Of a DNA stretch of 64,000 nucleotides, positions 57,000 to 64,000 are shown in pieces. The notes under the pieces were generated by a model. The model saw only the letters and a program-made list of their open reading frames with translations, made no database searches and was not told the DNA's origin. Position numbers and translations under genes: made by a program. The stretch covers positions 38,815-102,814 of IMG/VR virus record IMGVR_UViG_3300031344_000003; one strand, 5' to 3'. Position 1 is the first letter of the stretch, and each line of letters starts with the position of its first letter. Source of the DNA: a virus (taxonomy: Duplodnaviria; Heunggongvirae; Uroviricota; Caudoviricetes).

Positions 57000-58649
57000 A
57001 TGAACGACAATACCACGCACGTCATCTTTGCCGCGGACGCTCGTAAGCAACTGTGGGCCGGCATGAAGATTGCTGCCGATGCCGTCACCACGACGTTGGG
57101 CCCTAAAGGTCGCACCGTCATCATCCAGCGCGCTAACCAATCCCCTCTGGTGACGAAGGACGGGATCACCGTCGCCAAGTCGATCAAGTTGAAAGATCCC
57201 GTCAAGCGGATGGGCGCCGAACTGATCCTCGAAGCTGCCAATCAGACCAATGAGGTCGCCGGTGACGGCACCACGACGGCCACGTGCCTGACGGCCGCGC
57301 TCGTCGCCGAAGGTTTGAAGCTGGTCGAAGGCGGCTTTAGCCCACTCGAGCTGTGCAAGGGCATTGAGGCAGCGACCGGGTTGGTGCTCGCCGCCCTCAA
57401 ACAACAGGCGGTGCAGGTGTCAACCAGTGCTGCGGTCGCCCAAGTCGGTACCATCAGTGCCAACGGTGATGCACAGATCGGCAAGTTGATCGCCGATGCC
57501 ATGGAACACGTGGGCCGCGACGGCATCATCACCGTCGAGGACGCCAAGGGCATGGCCACGTCAATGTCAATCGCTGATGGCATGCAGTTTGAACGCGGCT
57601 ACATTAGCCCCTACTTCGTCACCGATGCAGAACGGATGCGGGCGACGTACGATGATGCCTTTGTCCTCGTCACTGACAAGAAGATCAGCAGCCTCAAGGA
57701 ACTGATCCCACTGCTCGAGCGAGTGGTGCGGTTACAGAAGGGCCTGCTGATCATCGCTGAAGATGTCGACGGTGATGCACTGACGGGCCTCGTCCTCAAC
57801 CGCGTCAAGTCAGGCCTGCCCGTTGTCGCCATCAAGGCACCCGGTTACGGCCTGCACCGACAAGAGCTACTGCACGACATCTGCGTCATGACGGGTGCAA
57901 CCCTCGTCTCCAGTGCCAACGGCCTGACACTCGACAAGGTCACTGACGCCAACTTGGGACGTGTCAAGCGCTTCAACACCGACGCGAAGTCGACGACGCT
58001 CGTCGGGACGGGTGCTCAAAAGACGCACATTGACACCCACGTGGTTGAACTGCGCAAGCAGCTCGAGGACATCACTCTGGGGCAGGATGAGGTGACCAAG
58101 CTGAAGGTTCGCATTGCCAAGTTGGCCTCGGGCGTCGCCGTCATCCGCGTCGGCGGCGCGACCGAAGTCGAGATGACAGAGCGGCGCTTCCGCGTCGAGG
58201 ATGCATTGAACGCGACGAAAGCGGCCGTCGAAGAGGGCATTGTGCCCGGTGGCGGCATGGCCTTCTACCACGCCGTCCATGCAGTGAAGAGTACGACGGT
58301 CGATGAAGCCACCGGCGCCCACGATGAGCAGGCAGGCATGGGTGTCGTCTATCGGGCGTGCCTCGCGCCGCTCAAGCGCATCATTGAGAATGCAGGTGCC
58401 AGCTCTCCCGTGGTGCTGGCGGAATTGGCGCGCAGGGATGCCGCGGCACCGCTCATCAATGACAACATGGGTTACAACGCGGCGACGGGTGAATACGTCG
58501 ACCTCGTCACTGCCGGCGTCGTCGATCCTGTCAAGGTGGCACGGACTGCACTGAAGAACGCAGCATCAGTTGCTGTCACCTTCCTCAGCCTCGACGCCGT
58601 GGTGTATGATGAACAGGTCACCAAGGAGCAACACGCTGATGAACAGTGA
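57000..58649 (+). CDS. groEL: chaperonin GroEL (Cpn60)
   Basis: TTTLGPKGR, DGITVAKSI, VAGDGTTTAT and a full-length colinear match. Confidence 0.9.
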   Translation: MNDNTTHVIFAADARKQLWAGMKIAADAVTTTLGPKGRTVIIQRANQSPLVTKDGITVAKSIKLKDPVKRMGAELILEAANQTNEVAGDGTTTATCLTAALVAEGLKLVEGGFSPLELCKGIEAATGLVLAALKQQAVQVSTSAAVAQVGTISANGDAQIGKLIADAMEHVGRDGIITVEDAKGMATSMSIADGMQFERGYISPYFVTDAERMRATYDDAFVLVTDKKISSLKELIPLLERVVRLQKGLLIIAEDVDGDALTGLVLNRVKSGLPVVAIKAPGYGLHRQELLHDICVMTGATLVSSANGLTLDKVTDANLGRVKRFNTDAKSTTLVGTGAQKTHIDTHVVELRKQLEDITLGQDEVTKLKVRIAKLASGVAVIRVGGATEVEMTERRFRVEDALNATKAAVEEGIVPGGGMAFYHAVHAVKSTTVDEATGAHDEQAGMGVVYRACLAPLKRIIENAGASSPVVLAELARRDAAAPLINDNMGYNAATGEYVDLVTAGVVDPVKVARTALKNAASVAVTFLSLDAVVYDEQVTKEQHADEQ

Positions 58650-58989
58650 TACTCGCACTCAACAATTGTTAGCAATTGACATCGCCGACGCGGCGCTGCA
58701 CGCCTACGAAAAGAGGCGAGTGGCGTGGGGCACTGCATTGGGTGGCGTCATTAGCGTGGCGATGATGACGGTACTCGGGGTGCTGGTGGGTGCCAGTGGT
58801 TACTTCATTGCCGGCCTCATCGTCACTACACAGGTATTCCGCACTCTGTGGTTGGGGTACAAGGCGTTTCGCGCGGGCCAGGAGTGTGATCGGTTGCAAT
58901 GTGAAGCGGCCTTCGCGAAGGTCGGCATACCGTTCAATCACGTGGATGCTGATGTCGATGATCTCTTAGGCGAACAACCTCCCCAATAA
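58639..58989 (+). CDS. two-TM membrane protein
   Basis: gATGAa overlap with the groEL stop. Confidence 0.4.
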   Translation: MNSDTRTQQLLAIDIADAALHAYEKRRVAWGTALGGVISVAMMTVLGVLVGASGYFIAGLIVTTQVFRTLWLGYKAFRAGQECDRLQCEAAFAKVGIPFNHVDADVDDLLGEQPPQ

Positions 58990-58998
58990 GTATGACAT

Positions 58999-59223
58999 GT
59001 GCAGCCCGGTGAATTGGTCGTCAAGCGCGTCAGGTGGAGCGTGGACGCCGAGTGCATGGGGTTTGTCGTCGCCCACGCCGCCGGTGATGTCGATGAGTGT
59101 TTGGTGATGTGGACGATGGGTGACCAACGCATCATGTTCAAGTGGCACCTGACCGACGCGTTGATGGCGGTCGACACGTCTAACGTTGCCGAAGTGAGGG
59201 GCAGATGCGACCTCGGTTCTTGA
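58999..59223 (+). CDS. small PGD(L)-motif protein family member
   Basis: N-terminus MQPGELVV. Confidence 0.3.
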   Translation: MQPGELVVKRVRWSVDAECMGFVVAHAAGDVDECLVMWTMGDQRIMFKWHLTDALMAVDTSNVAEVRGRCDLGS

Positions 59224-59429
59224 CGGGTGACCTGATCTTGCATACCGGGTGGGATCGTCTGTCGTGGTGTCGGACGATTGCCATGGTCGTCTCCGTGATG
59301 CCGGCTAATGACGTGCCTGACGCACAGATCAGAGGCATTGAAGCACAACCATGGATCTACTACGTGCTCGACGTCAATACCAACATCATCAACGGTCCAC
59401 TAACGTCATCGGAGATGGACAGTGCTTAG
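59205..59429 (+). CDS. small PGD(L)-motif protein family member
   Basis: N-terminus MRPRFLTGDLILHTG. Confidence 0.3.
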   Translation: MRPRFLTGDLILHTGWDRLSWCRTIAMVVSVMPANDVPDAQIRGIEAQPWIYYVLDVNTNIINGPLTSSEMDSA

Positions 59430-59781
59430 GTCGTGGCGACCCGGTGATTTAGCGATCGTCTGTGGCAATAGCCTCATCAGTCGACTCAACAGCAATGTGG
59501 CACAGTGGACATTCGGTCACAAGCTTGTCATCATCGTCGGCGGAGTCAACAGGTGGGTTAGTTCTTCTGACGATGAAGATGTCGTGCAATGTTACATCGT
59601 CATGGTGTCTCACACAGACTACGGTGCACACGCTCCAGGTGGCAATCTCAATCCCATCACATGGCCCCACGTCGTGCCGCTAGTCAGTGGCTTGTACTCG
59701 GTACCGAGCGACAGGCTGCTCGATCTGACGGAGTTCAGTGAACCAGGCCGCCTGTTTGGCACCCAGAGGCTGCGAGATTAA
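59422..59781 (+). CDS. small PGD(L)-motif protein family member
   Basis: N-terminus MLRSWRPGDLAIV. Confidence 0.35.
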   Translation: MLRSWRPGDLAIVCGNSLISRLNSNVAQWTFGHKLVIIVGGVNRWVSSSDDEDVVQCYIVMVSHTDYGAHAPGGNLNPITWPHVVPLVSGLYSVPSDRLLDLTEFSEPGRLFGTQRLRD

Positions 59782-59787
59782 TTGTCG

Positions 59788-60051
59788 TCACCTAGGTGTA
59801 AGCAACTGCCAGTTATACTTGAGGTTTTCAAGTGACGACGAGAAGATGAAGATCTTGTCGAGCGCTAAGACGTCGAACCTCACGCTCTCCCGTACACGAC
59901 CGATAAACATGACGGCCATCACCAGCCCGGTGAATCCTGGGTAAATAACATCACCGTGGTCGCCCCTGTACCAGTGCGATTCCCACGCCCGCATCGGATG
60001 TAGGGCGGCAATTAGGTCACCCGGTTGCAGCGTCAAAGGCCGCGGCGTCAC
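59788..60051 (-). CDS. small PGD(L)-motif protein family member
   Basis: N-terminus ...LQPGDLIAALHP. Confidence 0.35.
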   Translation of the reverse strand: MTPRPLTLQPGDLIAALHPMRAWESHWYRGDHGDVIYPGFTGLVMAVMFIGRVRESVRFDVLALDKIFIFSSSLENLKYNWQLLTPR

Positions 60052-60578
60052 TTGAGTCTGAAAGATCGCAACACATCACCGCACACCACACCGGCGCCCG
60101 ATCGTTCCGAATCGGCCTTGCAGGCGATGACATAACCCAGGTGCGTTGACGCTTGGCCAATGCCCACGATGCCGAAACCCAACTTGGCGTCGGTGACAAT
60201 GATCGTCATCGATGCCGGCGAGCCCCCGACGTCAATCATGTTACGTTTGATGAAGGAGGGTGTGCCTTGCACCAGTCGCGGCGCCTGCATCGCCACGTTC
60301 CCAGCGAACTGTTCAGGCGTCTCCTCTTCATCCATGCCCCGCGCGGTGACGATGACACCCGTGGGTGAACGGGTGCTCGGCCCGGGAGCGTGCGCACGGG
60401 TGGCCTCAGCATTGTCTTGATCGATGATCCAACCATCGGGGAACGTCATTGACCAATTTGCGTGATTGATGACGACGCGTGCAGGCGTAGCAGCGGCGCT
60501 TGCCGGGCTAGAGTGTTGGTGCGTACAGCAGGCAGTCGTGACGACCAGTAATGCTAGAGCACTCAATCGCTTCATCAT
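60048..60578 (-). CDS. lipoprotein, function unknown
   Basis: MMKRLSALALLVVTTACC signal plus lipobox. Confidence 0.5.
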   Translation of the reverse strand: MMKRLSALALLVVTTACCTHQHSSPASAAATPARVVINHANWSMTFPDGWIIDQDNAEATRAHAPGPSTRSPTGVIVTARGMDEEETPEQFAGNVAMQAPRLVQGTPSFIKRNMIDVGGSPASMTIIVTDAKLGFGIVGIGQASTHLGYVIACKADSERSGAGVVCGDVLRSFRLK

Positions 60579-60898
60579 GGCTCAACACTACATGGGGGGC
60601 GGACAATTGTCCAAAGGTTGTCGTATCCCTCCCAATCGAGCTCAAGTATCGTCATCTCACACCAACCATGACCTGACATCAACCCATTGACTAATTGCCC
60701 GATCGATGAACGCTCGTAGTAGGCGAGAGTGGCCTGTTCTTCGCTGGAGATGATGAACGCATGGTTGCCACTGACGTGGAAGACGATCATGTCCCCCGGG
60801 CGCACGGGCAACACCTTGCGGGCGAGGCCGTCCATCGCTCGGCGCAGTTCAGGGCGCACGGTGGAAGACTCGCCAGCGTTTTCCGCGCTCATCATCAA
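60575..60898 (-). CDS. small PGD-motif protein (start possibly at 60835)
   Basis: ...VRPGDMIVFHVSG. Confidence 0.35.
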   Translation of the reverse strand: MMMSAENAGESSTVRPELRRAMDGLARKVLPVRPGDMIVFHVSGNHAFIISSEEQATLAYYERSSIGQLVNGLMSGHGWCEMTILELDWEGYDNLWTIVRPPCSVEP

Positions 60899-61091
60899 AC
60901 AACACTAGCACCTTGACATATTCACCGATGATGACTGTCACCACGTTGTAGCGACCCTCAACACGTTTTTCAACATTGACAATGAAGGCCAATATGGGCT
61001 TGCCGGTCGTCGCGCGGAAATCAATGAGCAAGTGGCCCGGTAACAATGGAAGATCAGCGGCCATCTTTCGTAAGTAATCGTTCGAGTTCAC
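60849..61091 (-). CDS. hypothetical small protein
   Basis: ORF. Overlaps the alternative start of the downstream gene. Confidence 0.25.
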   Translation of the reverse strand: MNSNDYLRKMAADLPLLPGHLLIDFRATTGKPILAFIVNVEKRVEGRYNVVTVIIGEYVKVLVLFDDERGKRWRVFHRAP

Positions 61092-61453
61092 AGCGCAATG
61101 TCACGTTGATCGGGGGCCGTGGCCGTGGGTGCCGGGGGCGTGATTGTGGTCGCGGTCGGGGCGGCGTACGGTGCACACTTGCACACGACGTTGTTGTCGA
61201 TGATGTGGAGCGAAGTGTGGGGCGGACACGTGGCCACGTCGTGCTGTTCAGGTTCAACATTGACAATGACGTCAACGCACGCATTGCGCTCGTCCAGCCT
61301 TTCAACGCCGCGTCCCAACACGAACGTCAACCCAATTATAACCGTGGCGATGAAGGAAACGATCAGGCCATCAGTGACAGGTTTGAAAGACTTTGCCCAC
61401 ATGTTCAAGCTCCTCTTACAGCACGCACCATGAACGATTGCGATCATTGTCAT
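61088..61453 (-). CDS. hypothetical membrane protein
   Basis: TM LIVSFIATVIIGLTFVL. Confidence 0.3.
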   Translation of the reverse strand: MTMIAIVHGACCKRSLNMWAKSFKPVTDGLIVSFIATVIIGLTFVLGRGVERLDERNACVDVIVNVEPEQHDVATCPPHTSLHIIDNNVVCKCAPYAAPTATTITPPAPTATAPDQRDIAL

Positions 61454-61643
61454 CGAGGAGTAATTCGTGCACTCGTTCCTCGAACAATGCTAACACTGAC
61501 CAAGTCATCTCATTGATGAAACCTCGACGTTGTTGATGTTGACACGAGATGATCAAACCCACGGTATACATCGGTGTCAACCATGGATCACGGTTTAGAT
61601 CAATGCGCCTAGTCACGGTCTTAAGTAGTGAACCGGGCTGCAT
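61416..61643 (-). CDS. small PGxL-motif protein
   Basis: N-terminus MQPGSLLK. Confidence 0.25.
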   Translation of the reverse strand: MQPGSLLKTVTRRIDLNRDPWLTPMYTVGLIISCQHQQRRGFINEMTWSVLALFEERVHELLLDDNDRNRSWCVL

Positions 61644-61679
61644 CTGATCAGAGTGTAATCCACGTAGGAAGGATGTACT

Positions 61680-62048
61680 GTGATTGAGATGGAATTGATG
61701 TCTCAAGAGCGTACTTCAATCGTGCTTGAGGGCCATGTGACCCTGTCACGACCCAACTACACGACGCCGTTGTCGGCGATTGAATTGGCTCACATCAAGG
61801 CGGGCGAACCGCTGGCGATTGCCGCGGGGCGTAATCCCACCACCAACGGCATCACCTTCTTGCTGGCCTCAGGTGAACTCAGGGAGTTGGCTAATGCCAG
61901 CAGCCTAGGAATTCCTGATGGCGCTGTCAGGCCCACCGATCACGGTCAAACGCTCGCTGTAGACTGGTACGCCGGCGACTTTGAGATTGACGTGGGCTAT
62001 GCAATTGATCATAGTGCCATCATTGGCTTAGATTCTCAAGAGAGGTAA
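61680..62048 (+). CDS. hypothetical protein
   Basis: AGGAAGGA RBS. Confidence 0.4.
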   Translation: MIEMELMSQERTSIVLEGHVTLSRPNYTTPLSAIELAHIKAGEPLAIAAGRNPTTNGITFLLASGELRELANASSLGIPDGAVRPTDHGQTLAVDWYAGDFEIDVGYAIDHSAIIGLDSQER

Positions 62049-62057
62049 CAGAAGTAC

Positions 62058-62417
62058 ATGTTCAACGCATTCCTCGTCGCGTTAGCGCTGTTGGCACCGA
62101 CGTATCAACCCACGCAGCAGGCATTCAAAGCGGGTGACATTCAGCCTGATCACACTCGCACCTACGTGATGCCGGCGACCAAGCGTGGCTATTACTACTC
62201 GGTCAATGTCAGGGGCCTTTCCAAGGGCGGTGATGTCGACTGCTACTTGTTGACCAAGAACACCGAAGGCAAAGGTTTTGTCATCAAGTACACTGATGAG
62301 AGCACGGCCAACAAGTGCAGCTTTGGTTTCTACGCGTCGGGCAATGACACGTACAAGTTGTGGTTGGTCAACAACGGTACCAGCGATGATGCCTTTGATG
62401 TCACCGTCACTCAGTGA
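62058..62417 (+). CDS. secreted protein, function unknown
   Basis: Signal peptide MFNAFLVALALLAPTYQ. Confidence 0.45.
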   Translation: MFNAFLVALALLAPTYQPTQQAFKAGDIQPDHTRTYVMPATKRGYYYSVNVRGLSKGGDVDCYLLTKNTEGKGFVIKYTDESTANKCSFGFYASGNDTYKLWLVNNGTSDDAFDVTVTQ

Positions 62418-62435
62418 GCGCGCCTATCTATAGCA

Positions 62436-62702
62436 ATGAGGCTCACCCTACGTCGTCTACGACGATTGATACGAGAATTCGGTGTTGACGACACACTACG
62501 GAATGATGCTGGCTTCTTCATGGCAGGCGGCCTGAGTTCAGCGCACCGTGACCGTGAGAATACGTTGATGGATCCACCGCCCGGGTTGGGCAGTGACGCA
62601 GAAGAGACAGATGACGCAGAGAAGGATGGAGACATTGAAGACAAATCACAGTTCGCAGTCAGGGTTGACGACAAACGAGGCGGGCCGGGACGATCGGCTT
62701 GA
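62436..62702 (+). CDS. small CTS-bearing protein
   Basis: N-terminus MRLTLRRLRRLIREF. Confidence 0.45.
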   Translation: MRLTLRRLRRLIREFGVDDTLRNDAGFFMAGGLSSAHRDRENTLMDPPPGLGSDAEETDDAEKDGDIEDKSQFAVRVDDKRGGPGRSA

Positions 62703-62703
62703 A

Positions 62704-62898
62704 ATGCAGGGTAAGGTCGAAGAGTGCATGCCGGGCACGCTGTTCCGGGTGCGCTGCGACAACGGGCACCTCGTCCTGTGTACCTTGAGCGGCAAGTTGA
62801 GGCAGAACCGCATCAGAATACTGGCCGGTGACGCGGTGACGTGCGAGTGCAGTCCGTATGATGTCTCGAGGGGTCGCATCACCTGGAGACGTACGTAA
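62704..62898 (+). CDS. infA: translation initiation factor IF-1 (S1-like OB fold)
   Basis: EMQGKVEECMPGTLFRVRCDNGHLVLCTLSGKLRQNRIRILAGDAVTCECSPYDVSRGRITWR parallels E. coli [64 protein letters not shown]. Confidence 0.75.
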   Translation: MQGKVEECMPGTLFRVRCDNGHLVLCTLSGKLRQNRIRILAGDAVTCECSPYDVSRGRITWRRT

Positions 62899-62903
62899 TC
62901 ACC

Positions 62904-63095
62904 GTGAAGTGGTTGCTCTATGTCTTGATTTTCACTGGCGCAGGTGTGTTGGGTTCCACCTGCACTTGGTTAGCATCGCGTGGTCGTACGTTCGATGCGG
63001 GTGTATTGACGTGGATGACGGTATGCACCACGTGGTTCATCCTCACTGACCTGCAGCTCGAACGTGCTGACACAACCAATCACCGTGTGACGTAG
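62904..63095 (+). CDS. small membrane protein (GTG start)
   Basis: Two hydrophobic helices. Confidence 0.3.
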   Translation: MKWLLYVLIFTGAGVLGSTCTWLASRGRTFDAGVLTWMTVCTTWFILTDLQLERADTTNHRVT

Positions 63096-63146
63096 TAAGG
63101 CTAGGACGTTGTTGTACTACTGGTTGATCGAACGTAGTATGGCAGT

Positions 63147-63416
63147 ATGAAATACGTCATCACTGCCCTGGTCGCCATGACGCTCGTTGCCTGCGCTTCA
63201 GGTCCCGTCTTCAATGAGGGTGCCGATCATGAAGAAGGCGCCGACATCCCGTGCCAGACACCCGGACAACCCCGTGCACAATTGGGTTGGCATGCATGTC
63301 GCCGTGGGCCCGTTGCCTGTTGCCCCGACGGTTATTCGTGCTCGGCCGACGATTTCGTGCCGCGTGCTGACGGCGCCTGTCGTTGGTGGGCCCCCACGGC
63401 GACGTCCCAATATTAA
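63147..63416 (+). CDS. Cys-rich lipoprotein
   Basis: MKYVITALVAMTLVACASG signal plus lipobox. Confidence 0.5.
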   Translation: MKYVITALVAMTLVACASGPVFNEGADHEEGADIPCQTPGQPRAQLGWHACRRGPVACCPDGYSCSADDFVPRADGACRWWAPTATSQY

Positions 63417-63444
63417 GGGAGAACGCGGTTGAGCCGCGACCTAA

Positions 63445-63455
63445 TTAGAGTGTTG
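63445..63455 (+). promoter_or_regulatory. TTAGAGTGTTG motif 15 nt upstream of ATG 63470
   Basis: Same 10-mer as at 48636. Confidence 0.25.
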
Positions 63456-63469
63456 GGTAGGACGAGCAC

Positions 63470-63853
63470 ATGAAGACAACACTACGTCGCTTGAAGCAGG
63501 TCATCCGAGAAGCCGCGGGTGAAGAGCACCTCAAGTCTTACGAGAACGTCACAGTGGGTGACTGGTACAAGGAACGTCCTGAACCTCGCTTTCGTGGTGC
63601 ACAGCCCGAAGCAGCCGACGTCGCACAGTTGGTCGACCTGTATTGGCGTGACTTTGGTGGCACTCACGGCAAGTTGTTGATGGCGACGCGACGTTTTCCC
63701 AGCGGGCACAGCACCAACAGCAGGTACGACGTGTGGATGGAGAAGTTTGAGGGCCCGGCGACGCCCGAAGAGGTCACCCAAGCGAAGGCACACGGTGATG
63801 CCAAACAGCGTCACATGGCTCGCACGATCGACACCTCACGCGAGGGCACCTGA
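63470..63853 (+). CDS. CTS-bearing protein
   Basis: N-terminus MKTTLRRLKQVIREA. Confidence 0.5.
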   Translation: MKTTLRRLKQVIREAAGEEHLKSYENVTVGDWYKERPEPRFRGAQPEAADVAQLVDLYWRDFGGTHGKLLMATRRFPSGHSTNSRYDVWMEKFEGPATPEEVTQAKAHGDAKQRHMARTIDTSREGT

Positions 63854-64000
63854 TGGGCGGGTTGATGCCTTACATCAGGCTCATCAACAGGAACAACCTG
63901 CGCGGTGACTATGGGTCAGAACTGACGGATCACTTCGACGCAAGGCTCACGCACCTCAATTGCATTCGGGGTGACATGCGGCGCTTTGAACGAGACTGTC
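63853..64000 (+). CDS. hypothetical protein, 3' end outside the window
   Basis: ATGA-type overlap. Open to the window end. Confidence 0.3.
   Translation, partial: MGGLMPYIRLINRNNLRGDYGSELTDHFDARLTHLNCIRGDMRRFERDC

Overview
This 64-kb window reads as a densely packed, mostly plus-strand segment of a large virulent T4-like phage genome with high GC content (about 60%). The signals for a phage are tight gene packing, ATGA/GTGA start-stop overlaps, Shine-Dalgarno-type sites, and a characteristic T4 gene set. That set comprises a gp42-type dNMP hydroxymethylase, dCMP deaminase, thymidine kinase, RNase H/5'-3' exonuclease, a DenV-type pyrimidine-dimer glycosylase, a GH24 lysozyme, an RNA-ligase-like enzyme, homing-endonuclease-like genes in low-GC islands, and many small proteins with a T4 internal-protein-type capsid-targeting N-terminus. 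It also carries genes that are unusual for a phage. These include a DnaE C-terminal fragment at the left edge, oligoribonuclease, a tandem pair of HslV-like Ntn hydrolases, and a malate synthase plus isocitrate lyase glyoxylate-shunt pair. Further unusual genes are a CCA-adding enzyme, GroEL, IF-1, an Fe/Mn-SOD-like protein, an Fpg/Nei glycosylase, an HhH-GPD glycosylase, an AAA+ ATPase, SPFH, vWA and NRDE/TANGO2 proteins, secreted trypsin-like and papain-like proteases, and a J-domain/WGR protein. It also carries an NMNAT-like/Nudix pair, a UDP-sugar pyrophosphorylase, an SDR epimerase/dehydratase, and a putative glycosyltransferase. The most striking non-genic structure is a CRISPR-like mini-array at 9321-9472: three identical 28-bp repeats with two unique 34-bp spacers. 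Its first repeat overlaps the 3' end of one member of a paralogous small-protein family (MKPGDL(I/V) N-terminus); two further paralogs lie at 14071-14618 (one with a degenerate echo), and other PGD(L)-motif small ORFs cluster at 58999-61706. There are no cas genes in the window. All functional calls are from by-eye motif recognition. No database search was run.
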